DNA of 64,000 nt from a virus, in IMG/VR virus record IMGVR_UViG_3300005253_000166; one strand, written 5' to 3'. The notes under the pieces are model-generated. The model ran no database searches. It worked only from the letters and a program-made list of their open reading frames with translations, and was not told the origin of the DNA. Both the position numbers and the translations under genes were made by a program. Position 1 is the stretch's first letter; each line of letters opens with the position of its first letter. Shown piece after piece: positions 18,241 through 27,066 of this stretch.

Positions 18241-19314
18241 TTAGGTTTTGTCTTTGCCTATGAGTTTTTCTTCGTAGTTGGATATTGTTGTTGTTGAAAC
18301 TCCCATTAATCTTGCTAACCTAGATTTATTAGCCGTGGGGTATTTTTCTTTCATTAATCTGTATTGAACTATTTTATCCTTTGTTTCAGGATTGGTAAAT
18401 TGTAGGAGAATGGTTTGAATAAAGTCAAATGCTTGTTCAAAATATGAAGAATCATCAATCTGGATTTCCTTGAGTTTCTTTGTTTCTTTATATATATTGT
18501 TGGTTTTTAAATAATTATATATACCGTATCTAGTTATTTCAGATGATGTTCTTGCTATAAACCCATAATCGAGAGTATCAGATGGCCATAATTCATTGTC
18601 GTCTATGTATTCGTCATATTTAGTTTGATAGTCGCTGAATACTTTTGTTGGTATTATTACATTATCGATTTGTCTGGAGCAATCTTGTATATTAATATCT
18701 AATTCACCTCGTAATCCAGATTTGATATACTCTTTAGTTGGTTGTATGAATAAAGGTGAAAACCTACTTAGTAAAGCTTTACCTTTCTGAGAATTATCGT
18801 AGTTGGGATATTCCATAGCATAAGCAATACAACTAAAAATTGCTTTGATTCGTATTAAATTATCTTTGACTTCGTAATCTACGAAACCATGTCTATCTCT
18901 AAATCTATATGGTGATTTAACTTTAAAACCTAGTGACCTCGAGCTTTCTTGGTTTTCAAGAAGCGATAACATAGAATTTTGGCCGAAAGTTCCTACTGAA
19001 TTCCATTCATCAATTACAAATATTTTTCCACCTACATTGATTAATATCGAAGGGACGTACTCCCCATCTTTACTTATCGAACCTTCTATACTTGGTTTTG
19101 TAAAGTCGTCGTTGACAAATATATCATCTAATGCTATTTTACGTAATTGTTGGGTAATAGCAGATTTAAAGGTTCCGAATGGTGAAACGATTAGTAAGTG
19201 GTTTTGAGGGCGTAATCGGAACGGTCTCTTTTTTTGCTCGATTATAACGTTTTTTATCTTGCGCATCGAGAAGCAAGTTGATATTGCTGTGTCCAGATAG
19301 TCAATATTCGTCAT
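18241..19314 (-). CDS. MCM-like AAA+ ATPase (minimal helicase core) with C-terminal winged-helix
   Basis: Walker A-like SPFGTFKS, Walker B IFVIDEWN, MCM-type arginine-finger context ALLSRFSPLFI (cf. LLSRFDLIF), C-terminal HTH ANKSRLARLMGVSTTTISNYEE; only substantial minus-strand gene; first ATG at 19314 (track starts at upstream TTG 19335). Confidence 0.5.
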   Translation of the reverse strand: MTNIDYLDTAISTCFSMRKIKNVIIEQKKRPFRLRPQNHLLIVSPFGTFKSAITQQLRKIALDDIFVNDDFTKPSIEGSISKDGEYVPSILINVGGKIFVIDEWNSVGTFGQNSMLSLLENQESSRSLGFKVKSPYRFRDRHGFVDYEVKDNLIRIKAIFSCIAYAMEYPNYDNSQKGKALLSRFSPLFIQPTKEYIKSGLRGELDINIQDCSRQIDNVIIPTKVFSDYQTKYDEYIDDNELWPSDTLDYGFIARTSSEITRYGIYNYLKTNNIYKETKKLKEIQIDDSSYFEQAFDFIQTILLQFTNPETKDKIVQYRLMKEKYPTANKSRLARLMGVSTTTISNYEEKLIGKDKT

Positions 19315-19330
19315 GTGTGTACCTCTAAAC

Positions 19331-19570
19331 GACAAACTCTCCGAGTTTGTTTTTATCTCCCAAAGGAGATAACTATAGAAGAAAATGATACATTATTTAA
19401 CAATTTATTCAAATTTATAAACTTTTCGTTGACCTTGGTATCCATGGTAAACAAGGTCAACATAAACTTTATAAACTTGAACGTTTTTGTTATAGTTAAC
19501 GCGATGTGTAAAGCGTTAAAAAAGCCTAAAACACTACAGGCGAGTGTTTATCTCCTTTAGGAGATAATTC
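19331..19570. promoter_or_regulatory. origin-like / divergent promoter region: palindromes TATCTCC-N4-GGAGATA x2 (19353-19370, 19549-19566) symmetrically flanking an AT-rich core, with GTTGACCTTG-N14-CAAGGTCAAC (19428-19461) bracketed by direct repeats TTTATAAACTT (19414-19424, 19468-19478)
   Basis: read directly from sequence; located between the minus-strand MCM-like gene and plus-strand genes. Confidence 0.5.
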
Positions 19571-19619
19571 GCATTTTTTCTCGAGGTGATTTTAAGGCAA
19601 TGCATGGAGGTGCATATAT

Positions 19620-20024
19620 ATGGTAGATAGAACCAAAGCTGAAATGATAGAGTCTTTTGATGGACTCTGTGAAAAGGTTGAGATAGTACCCGACCAAATG
19701 AGAGATAGTGGAGAACAGATACATATGGAGTTCAAACCTGACGACGAAGAGATATTGAAGGGCAGCAAGACTGGAAGATTCCACGAATGGCTGAGATTAA
19801 CAGACAAAACAACTGAAACAACGGTTCCTGAAGGTAGTAAGATAGAAGCTTATCTAAAGGAGATTGAAGTAGTATTGCCTGAAACAAAGAAGACAAAGAA
19901 GGTAGTTGAAGCCTTTATGTTGATGCAAGGTAAGAAATTTACCTTTGTAAGGAAGACATTAGGAAAAGCATTCAAAGGACACGAAGCAAAACCTAGCTTT
20001 ATACCACAAACACTGCTTGACTAA
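19620..20024 (+). CDS. hypothetical protein
   Basis: SD ggaggtg upstream. Confidence 0.45.
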   Translation: MVDRTKAEMIESFDGLCEKVEIVPDQMRDSGEQIHMEFKPDDEEILKGSKTGRFHEWLRLTDKTTETTVPEGSKIEAYLKEIEVVLPETKKTKKVVEAFMLMQGKKFTFVRKTLGKAFKGHEAKPSFIPQTLLD

Positions 20025-20067
20025 GTGAGTTGGAATGCAAAGGGATAAGCCACTCTAGTCGAGTAAG

Positions 20068-20559
20068 GTGTTGAGGGATGCGAAGGTAGTTACCCAATCG
20101 GACAGGTTGATACTACTTCCTTGCAAAATTCCAATGGTACAAAGAACAGACAGGTATGGAGATATTGTAGAGGGGGAACCTGATGAACGCGTGGTAAATA
20201 CGCGTCCATTTGGTAAACCTCTGCTTTTAATTTTTGTTCAGAATAGATGGGAATTGATGGAGAGGATTGGAACCTTAAAAGGTGTATTGTATTGCAAAAA
20301 AGAAAGACTAAAGAATTTAATTAATCATTGTTATCATATTATTATTTATGTTCCTACTAAAGAAATTGTGGAATTTGTTGGGCGACTTGATAACATTTCT
20401 CAGGATGTAGAAACTCGAGAAGAACCTCGAGCTATAGTGGCTATCGACCTCTTGGGTAAGAACATTAGGTCGCTCGACATTCCTTTTAAACTTGATTTCG
20501 GGGATAAATCCGATGACTTCATTTTTGAGTATCTAAAGGAGTTTTTAAGGATAGAATGA
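20068..20559 (+). CDS. hypothetical protein
   Basis: ORF. Confidence 0.4.
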   Translation: MLRDAKVVTQSDRLILLPCKIPMVQRTDRYGDIVEGEPDERVVNTRPFGKPLLLIFVQNRWELMERIGTLKGVLYCKKERLKNLINHCYHIIIYVPTKEIVEFVGRLDNISQDVETREEPRAIVAIDLLGKNIRSLDIPFKLDFGDKSDDFIFEYLKEFLRIE

Positions 20560-20753
20560 AAGAATCTAAGTTTTTTAAGATAAAGGATAATGATGCTGAT
20601 TTTGTTACAATTAGTAGAAGGAACTTTAATCAGATGAAAGTAGACTTTGCTGACCCTCATTTAACTAAGTTAGATTTGTCTATCGTGGGGGTTAAGAAGA
20701 AGCGCAAAGTTTAAATACTTGAAGATTAATGTATATCTTAGAGGTGTTATAAA

Positions 20754-21269
20754 ATGGGATTAGCAGATTGGATTAAAGGTCATCAAGTTCTTGTTGGAGT
20801 ATTTGTAATTTGTATTTTACTAATCATAGTTAGTATAATAGTATTTATCATTATAAGGAATATTAAAAGGAGACTTATAGAGGGAGCATCGTTAGACGTT
20901 CCACCTAAGCCACCTAAAGCTATTATGCCGTTCTTTGAACGACTTAAGGAGATGATAAAGATAAATAAACCTGTGGAAATTAAATTCCTAGGTGAGACAA
21001 GACAAGGAATGTCTGCAACGGCATTACCTAGAATAATGGAGGCAATCAAAATGAAGACAAAAAAGATAAAATCACCAGTACCTGTGGCGCCTGCTCCAGT
21101 GGAGTCTGCACCTACTGTTGATATTAATGCTTTGACTGTTGAACAGTTGGAACAATTGTTATCTGAGAAGAAGTCGGCAGCTGCTGTACAAACAAAGCAA
21201 GCTACATTAATGGCTATGCCAAAAGAAGAACTCGTACAACTAATAATTGATAACCAAATAGAGGTATAA
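20754..21269 (+). CDS. membrane protein with Ala/Pro-rich linker
   Basis: N-terminal TM, VPVAPAPVESAPTV. Confidence 0.45.
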   Translation: MGLADWIKGHQVLVGVFVICILLIIVSIIVFIIIRNIKRRLIEGASLDVPPKPPKAIMPFFERLKEMIKINKPVEIKFLGETRQGMSATALPRIMEAIKMKTKKIKSPVPVAPAPVESAPTVDINALTVEQLEQLLSEKKSAAAVQTKQATLMAMPKEELVQLIIDNQIEV

Positions 21270-21448
21270 AATGGAAATAAAAGGATGTAATACAGGGTTT
21301 ATAGTTGAGTATAAAACTTCTGGGATAGCAGTCATGAACAGAATTTATTTTGGTAAGTGGATTAGATTAATTGAATGGTTAACAGAAAACAAGAAAAATA
21401 TATTAGAAGTTTATGATTCGGATGAGGAATAACTACACTTTAATACAT

Positions 21449-21525
21449 ATGCTTCCCTAAGACCTCGACGCGTCGGGGGATTGATAACGCGATAAGTTGA
21501 GCTTAAATGCTCGGGGAAGCTGCTT
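21449..21525 (+). promoter_or_regulatory. GC-rich structured element upstream of queD (candidate cis-regulatory RNA or operator)
   Basis: 8-bp long-range stem GCTTCCCT/GGGGAAGC enclosing palindrome CCTCGACGCGTCGGGG and hairpin GAGC-ttaaat-GCTC; sits 25 nt before SD of queD. Confidence 0.35.
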
Positions 21526-21549
21526 TATGCAAGAGGAGGTAAAAAAAAA

Positions 21550-21954
21550 ATGAAACTAAGTACAAGGGTATTTTTTGAGGCAGCGCATAGATTGTCAGAT
21601 TATGAAGGCAAGTGTAAAAGGTTACATGGGCATAATTGGATAGTTGACGTAGATATAGATACAGATAGAAAATTAGACAAAACTGGATTTATAGTGGATT
21701 TTGGTATTATAAAGGATATTGCTAAAAAGTTTGACCATATAATAGTGATGAAAGATACTGATGAGAATAGGAAATATTTAGAAAGTGTTCCAGAAGATTG
21801 GGTTCTATGGGTTAGTTTTAATCCGACTTGTGAGCATTTTGCAGAGTACTTCAGGAATGAAATTAGTAAACAGTGTAAGTTGCAACGTGGAGATGTGTCA
21901 ATTAAGGTTTATGAAAATTATAAACCAGAAAGGAAGTCTTACGCAGAAATATAA
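21550..21954 (+). CDS. queD: 6-carboxy-5,6,7,8-tetrahydropterin synthase QueD
   Basis: C-x3-HGH motif 'CKRLHGHNW', PTPS-fold length 134 aa; strong SD agaggaggt. Confidence 0.8.
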   Translation: MKLSTRVFFEAAHRLSDYEGKCKRLHGHNWIVDVDIDTDRKLDKTGFIVDFGIIKDIAKKFDHIIVMKDTDENRKYLESVPEDWVLWVSFNPTCEHFAEYFRNEISKQCKLQRGDVSIKVYENYKPERKSYAEI

Positions 21955-21975
21955 TTTTTTATGGGGTAATGTATA

Positions 21976-22179
21976 ATGTTCAAGGACAAAAAACAATTTT
22001 GCAGGTTTGCTGTTAAGTTTAATTCGCTTCCTTTGAAAGTTAAGCAAGCATTAGAACAAGAGTTTATTATCAAAGCAAAACAGTATTGTCGTCGTGAAGG
22101 TTTTACTCCTGATGAAGTTGTTATTACTATGGTTAAAGGTGATGATATTTCATTTTCGTTTATTGCTACTTTGAAATGA
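21976..22179 (+). CDS. hypothetical protein
   Basis: ORF within que cluster. Confidence 0.35.
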   Translation: MFKDKKQFCRFAVKFNSLPLKVKQALEQEFIIKAKQYCRREGFTPDEVVITMVKGDDISFSFIATLK

Positions 22180-22197
22180 GAGTCAGAGGTTCATATA

Positions 22198-22476
22198 ATG
22201 AAACTAGGACATTTATTTTATGCTGCACCTTTAAAACTATTTAAAGAGATAGCTAACTCAAACGGAGAAGTTATTTACGCTGCGTTAGCTGGAAGAACTG
22301 TTAATGTCTCATATGCCTATACTTCAAAGATAGTAAGGGAATTTGAAAAGCTTGGTTTGATTAAGAGCATTAGAGAATGGGGTAAAATACGTATCAAATT
22401 AAAAATTACACCATATGGAGAGCAGGTGTGGGAGCATCTTAACTTTATAATGGGAAGATTAGAAAATGGAGACTGA
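22198..22476 (+). CDS. winged-helix DNA-binding protein (putative transcription regulator)
   Basis: HTH-like 'AGRTVNVSYAYTSKIVREFEKLGLI'. Confidence 0.4.
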   Translation: MKLGHLFYAAPLKLFKEIANSNGEVIYAALAGRTVNVSYAYTSKIVREFEKLGLIKSIREWGKIRIKLKITPYGEQVWEHLNFIMGRLENGD

Positions 22477-22600
22477 TAAAAGACAATATAAAAAGAGACA
22501 TTGTAAGTGTGGTAACCTTTTAGTTTCGATAAGAGAGGTTACAGAGGAAAAATGTGACCATTGTCTTACGTTTAATAAGTAATTTTTAGGGTGAAATAAA

Positions 22601-23881
22601 ATGAAAATTAGTGAAGCTTATGTTTTTGGACGATGGCTTGGCGATGGTACCAAAGAGTCTTCTAGTTTAGAAATAGCTCGTTCTGAGTCGCGTATTGATG
22701 AAATGGAGACGATTGCTAATATGATACATAAACCTTTTTGTCATACTAACTCTAGTTGTACTAGGTTTCAAGATGCTTACAAGTTAAAAAAAGAATTTTA
22801 TAGGATATACTCAATTATTATCAATCAAGATGTTAAATTACTATTTAATATAAAAGAGTCTTTTGCTATTATTGCAGGGTTCTTAGAATCGGATGGGAGT
22901 ATTGATAATCATTCCAAAAACAAAATTAAAATAGTTTTGCATAATAATGATAAGAATCTTTTATATTTCCTACAGAATTTATTAAAGAATGCAGGTATTA
23001 TTTGCTATATTAAGGAGTCTTATGGTTTAAAAACTAATTACGGTCGAGACAAATGTTGTAGACTGCACATTAATAATAATCTTTGCTTATATTACTTATT
23101 TCATATGCTATTGCCTTATTTATTATCTAAAGATAAGAAGAATCGTATTAATGATTGGTTAAAATTCTATGATGATTATCATCAAAGTTTAAAATTGAAT
23201 TTTTCGGAAAAGTTTATTAGTATCGAAGGTGAAGGTCGTGACATGGGAAGATTAAAGCTTTTTTTGAGGGTACGTGGCTGTCCATTTTCGTGTGGCTATT
23301 GTGATACCAAATATTCGATTGGTTCTAGAGGTATGTCTAATTATAAAGCTCCTACTTTAAGGCAGATAATTAATGATGTAAGAAATTTTGGGTATTTCAG
23401 TGAAATAGAATTTACAGGAGGCTCACCAGAGTGGTTTCCTCAAAAAATAGGGTATTTATTAGTTTATTTCAAAATACATTTTAACAGTAGGATAACAATG
23501 CAATGTAGTGGTGGTATATATAGTGAAAAAAACCAAGCGTTATTTACTTTATCGGATATTAATAGTTTTGATTGTAAAGACCTACGGGAAAAAGTACCTT
23601 TTATTATCGATAAGCTTTATGTAAGAGAAAAAGATGAAATCAAGTTTTTGGTTTGCGATGATTTATCTTATCAGTTCGTAAAGAATAAGCTTAAGGAATT
23701 TAAAGATTTGAAATGCCAATTTATAATTTCTGTCGTTACTGAAGAAAATAAAGATGATTTGGAAAGTTTGAATTTGCTTATCGATAAAATAAAGCATGAT
23801 AATGATTTTCCCAAGCAAAATGTTAGATTAATGGTTCGTGAGCATATTTTATTATATGGAAAAGGTAAACGAGGGATATAA
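22601..23881 (+). CDS. queE: LAGLIDADG homing-endonuclease domain fused N-terminally to 7-carboxy-7-deazaguanine synthase QueE (radical SAM)
   Basis: two LAGLIDADG-type motifs 'FGRWLGDGT' and 'IAGFLESDGSI' in residues 1-190; QueE begins 'FISIEGEGRDMGRLKLFLRVRGCPFSCGYCDTKYS' (Cx3Cx2C); stop codons immediately upstream exclude an intein. Confidence 0.75.
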   Translation: MKISEAYVFGRWLGDGTKESSSLEIARSESRIDEMETIANMIHKPFCHTNSSCTRFQDAYKLKKEFYRIYSIIINQDVKLLFNIKESFAIIAGFLESDGSIDNHSKNKIKIVLHNNDKNLLYFLQNLLKNAGIICYIKESYGLKTNYGRDKCCRLHINNNLCLYYLFHMLLPYLLSKDKKNRINDWLKFYDDYHQSLKLNFSEKFISIEGEGRDMGRLKLFLRVRGCPFSCGYCDTKYSIGSRGMSNYKAPTLRQIINDVRNFGYFSEIEFTGGSPEWFPQKIGYLLVYFKIHFNSRITMQCSGGIYSEKNQALFTLSDINSFDCKDLREKVPFIIDKLYVREKDEIKFLVCDDLSYQFVKNKLKEFKDLKCQFIISVVTEENKDDLESLNLLIDKIKHDNDFPKQNVRLMVREHILLYGKGKRGI

Positions 23882-24109
23882 ATGATAAAACTTCCTAAAA
23901 GAATTCGAATCATAGAAGCAAGTGATATACGTTTGACTGAGAAGCGAGACCAAATCTATATTGAAAAAGAATCTGATTTTCTTTGGTATTTAAAGAGGTA
24001 TAACATCGAAGCAATTCTCAAACTCAAAAAACTTTATTATGTTTTTGAGGATACTGATACTATCATGATATATGACGATAGTAAGGCGTCGCCAGAGGTA
24101 CCACAATGA
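23882..24109 (+). CDS. hypothetical protein
   Basis: ATGA coupling both sides. Confidence 0.35.
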   Translation: MIKLPKRIRIIEASDIRLTEKRDQIYIEKESDFLWYLKRYNIEAILKLKKLYYVFEDTDTIMIYDDSKASPEVPQ

Positions 24110-24768
24110 AAAAAGAAAAGGCAGTATTAATTTTGTCAGGAGGGGTTGATTCGACTACTCTACTATACAATTTATTAGACCAAGATTACGAAGTTTATGC
24201 TGTTAGTTTTGATTACGGTCAGAAACACGCTAAAGAATTATTATGTGCAGCTGAAATATGTAGGAAGCTTAGTGTAAACCATAAGATTCTAAATTTATCG
24301 GTGTTGAATGATGTCGCTCCTAGTGCATTGACGCGAAAAGATATAGAAGTTCCAGAAGGTCATTACAAAGAAGAGTCTATGAAAGCAACAATTGTCCCTA
24401 ATCGTAATATGGTGATGCTTTCTTTAGCAACAGCTTATGCTATTAGTATCAAAGCAACAAAATTGTTTTATGGGGCGCATATTGGAGACCATGAAATTTA
24501 TCCGGATTGCAGGAAAGAATTTATTTATGCTATGAAGCAAGCTATTAAGCTATGTGATTGGCATCAAGTTGAATTAAAAGCTCCATTCAGACATCTAACC
24601 AAGGTGAGTGTTGTAAATCTTGGTAAAACGTTAAATGTTGATTATTCACTTACATATTCGTGTTATAAAGGGAGTGAGAAGGCTTGTGGCAAGTGTGGGA
24701 CTTGTGTTGAACGTCTCGAAGCATTTAAGATAGCTGGAGTAAAAGACCCTATTGAATATGAAAAATAA
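24106..24768 (+). CDS. queC: 7-cyano-7-deazaguanine synthase QueC
   Basis: PP-loop 'LILSGGVDSTT', C-terminal zinc site 'CGKCGTCVERLEAF'. Confidence 0.85.
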   Translation: MKKEKAVLILSGGVDSTTLLYNLLDQDYEVYAVSFDYGQKHAKELLCAAEICRKLSVNHKILNLSVLNDVAPSALTRKDIEVPEGHYKEESMKATIVPNRNMVMLSLATAYAISIKATKLFYGAHIGDHEIYPDCRKEFIYAMKQAIKLCDWHQVELKAPFRHLTKVSVVNLGKTLNVDYSLTYSCYKGSEKACGKCGTCVERLEAFKIAGVKDPIEYEK

Positions 24769-25108
24769 GAAAATAGCGATTGGTATAATAATACTTATGG
24801 GATTAACTTTACTAACAATATTTATTTACGATTACAACATAACTTACGGTGATTACAATGAATTGGTACTTGAATACAATTCCTTATTGAATGATTATAA
24901 CGAGTCATTAAATGCACCATGCAAAGGATGTGAGATGTGTGGTGCTGATATCAAATTTGGTGTAACTGGAATTTATCGGGCCAATGACTATTATTGTGTT
25001 TATGTTGAGAATAGAACAGAGGCTGAGATTAACAGAACAGAGATTCATGAACCGTGTCATCATTTTGTATATATGGACTATGAACACTTCTGCCTAGGCA
25101 AAGCCTAG
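24752..25108 (+). CDS. membrane-anchored Cys/His-containing protein
   Basis: N-terminal TM, CKGCEMCG..HEPCHH. Confidence 0.4.
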   Translation: MNMKNKKIAIGIIILMGLTLLTIFIYDYNITYGDYNELVLEYNSLLNDYNESLNAPCKGCEMCGADIKFGVTGIYRANDYYCVYVENRTEAEINRTEIHEPCHHFVYMDYEHFCLGKA

Positions 25109-25143
25109 GTATCTGGCCTTCTGTCTAGGAGAGCGTAATAAAA

Positions 25144-25635
25144 ATGTCAAATAAAAAGATTATAACGTGGAAACAGTTTCGAGAGCTTGTAGTACAACTC
25201 GAAAAGAAGATTGAATGGAATTCAAATATTAATGATATTTATGGGATTCCGAGAGGTGGGCAATATGTCGCTTTAATGCTTAGCGAAATTTCAGGAATCC
25301 CTTTAACTGACCATATTGATTCGAGGACATTTGTAGTTGACGATATTGCTGATTCTGGGAGTACTCTAGCCAGATTCCATGGAAAGGGGTGTGGAGTTGC
25401 TACTCTCCACGTTAAACCTCGTTCCATGGTTAAACCCCATTACTGGGTTGAGGAAACAGAGGATTATATTATTTATCCATATGAAGCTGCTGCAAATGAA
25501 GATGTTGAAGATAATATTCGTCGTATTTTACAGTTTTTAGGAGTTTATAAAGTGACTGATGGACAATTACTTTCGTTAAAACATAGTGTTCTTAAATTTG
25601 TTAGAGATTGGGGTGTTATAAATGGTAAAGTATAA
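25144..25635 (+). CDS. type I phosphoribosyltransferase-domain protein
   Basis: PRPP-binding motif 'VVDDIADSGSTL'; C-terminal tail 'EDNIRRILQFLGV' duplicates the FolE N-terminus at amino-acid level. Confidence 0.6.
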   Translation: MSNKKIITWKQFRELVVQLEKKIEWNSNINDIYGIPRGGQYVALMLSEISGIPLTDHIDSRTFVVDDIADSGSTLARFHGKGCGVATLHVKPRSMVKPHYWVEETEDYIIYPYEAAANEDVEDNIRRILQFLGVYKVTDGQLLSLKHSVLKFVRDWGVINGKV

Positions 25636-26857
25636 GGTTGATGAAAATTTTTTTGATAAGTGGTCAGGTGATATGGCTTATATTCTAGGGTTATGGTATG
25701 CAGATGGTTGGGCTATTGATACAAAACAAGGTTGCCAAGTTTGTATTGAATTGAAAGATAAATGTTTGTTAGAACAAGTTAAAATGAGAATGGGTGATGT
25801 CCCTATTAAAGAATTATGTAGGACTATTAATAGTAAACAAGTTCATTCATATTTATTGAGGTATTGTCGTAACGGGTTGTACAAGAGTCTGGTTTCTAGG
25901 GGGTATAATAATAAAGATGTTTTTCCTAGAATACCTGGTGAATACATTTCATATTTTATGAGAGGTTATTTTGATGGGGATGGAAGCTTACAGTTGCGTG
26001 AAAATGATAGAACGTTGCGCTTTTCGATATATGGTCCTAAACCTTTGTTAACTGAATATAGTGGTTTGTTGGCTAAGAAATTACAATTAAGTCGGGTTGC
26101 CCCTGTATTTAAAACTCAAGCAACACATGGTTTTAATTACGCCAAGATTACAGACGTTGCTAAAATTTTTCGATATTTATATTCAGATAATAGCATTGGG
26201 TTGTGTCGTAAATGTAGGTTGTTTGGTGAATGGTTTGAGACTGTCGGTTCAAAAGAACTTTTATCGAAAAGTACAATCCAAGATAATATAAGACGAATCC
26301 TTGAGCTTATAGGTGAAAATCCAAACAGAGAAGGTATCAAATATACTCCTCATAGAGTTGAAAGATTATATAATAATCTATTTTATGGATATAGAAAGAA
26401 ATTAAAAGTGATGAATGAAGAGGAGCGTAATACAGGATTTGATGAAAATATTATTCCTATCACTGTGTTTAAAAACGAGAGTGATGAGATGTTAATCAGG
26501 AAAGTCAATGCAGTGACGTTTTGCGAGCATCATATTGCAGTTACTCCATTAGAGGTTTGGGTTGGTATTATTCCTGATGAGACTCTAATGGGTATGAATA
26601 AGATTGATAAAGTAGTAAAGTATTTTGCTGCTCGTTTGCAAATCCAAGAACGTATGACGAATCAAGTTGCAGATTGGATTAGTGATAATATTGAGCCAAA
26701 AGGTGTAATAGTTGTAATCAAAGGTATTCATTATTGTGCTGAGTTGCAGGGTGATAGTGGAAATTTTATTACGAGCGCAGTTAGAGGTATATTTTTACAC
26801 CCAGATGCTAATAAGGACCCTAAATCCGAATTTTTAACTTTAATAAGGGAAAAATGA
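25622..26857 (+). CDS. folE: LAGLIDADG homing-endonuclease domain fused N-terminally to GTP cyclohydrolase I (FolE)
   Basis: 'ILGLWYADGWA' and 'FMRGYFDGDGSL' LAGLIDADG motifs; FolE part 'IRRILELIGENPNREGIKYTPHRVERLY...FCEHHIAV...IHYCAELQGD'. Confidence 0.75.
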   Translation: MVKYKVDENFFDKWSGDMAYILGLWYADGWAIDTKQGCQVCIELKDKCLLEQVKMRMGDVPIKELCRTINSKQVHSYLLRYCRNGLYKSLVSRGYNNKDVFPRIPGEYISYFMRGYFDGDGSLQLRENDRTLRFSIYGPKPLLTEYSGLLAKKLQLSRVAPVFKTQATHGFNYAKITDVAKIFRYLYSDNSIGLCRKCRLFGEWFETVGSKELLSKSTIQDNIRRILELIGENPNREGIKYTPHRVERLYNNLFYGYRKKLKVMNEEERNTGFDENIIPITVFKNESDEMLIRKVNAVTFCEHHIAVTPLEVWVGIIPDETLMGMNKIDKVVKYFAARLQIQERMTNQVADWISDNIEPKGVIVVIKGIHYCAELQGDSGNFITSAVRGIFLHPDANKDPKSEFLTLIREK

Positions 26858-27066
26858 AAGAAGAAGAATTTTTGAAAGAACATCCGAGTTTGAAGGGAAA
26901 ACTGTATTATTCAAGTATAGGAGAACCGCCACGAAGTGATTGGTGGACATTTATTAAATATATTCACGAAACACAATTAGACAAACAGAAAGTTAAGGAA
27001 GTTATTGAAAGGTTGGCATTTAAAGAATTGGCTATTGAATTAAAAAAGGAGTTAGGATTAGAATGA
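26854..27066 (+). CDS. hypothetical protein
   Basis: ORF, coupled. Confidence 0.35.
   Translation: MKEEEFLKEHPSLKGKLYYSSIGEPPRSDWWTFIKYIHETQLDKQKVKEVIERLAFKELAIELKKELGLE

Noticed and set aside
22601-23170. Intein interpretation of the LAGLIDADG domains in QueE and FolE
   Set aside because: In-frame stop codons lie immediately upstream of both ORF starts, so there is no N-extein. The endonuclease domains are N-terminal fusions, not inteins or intron ORFs.
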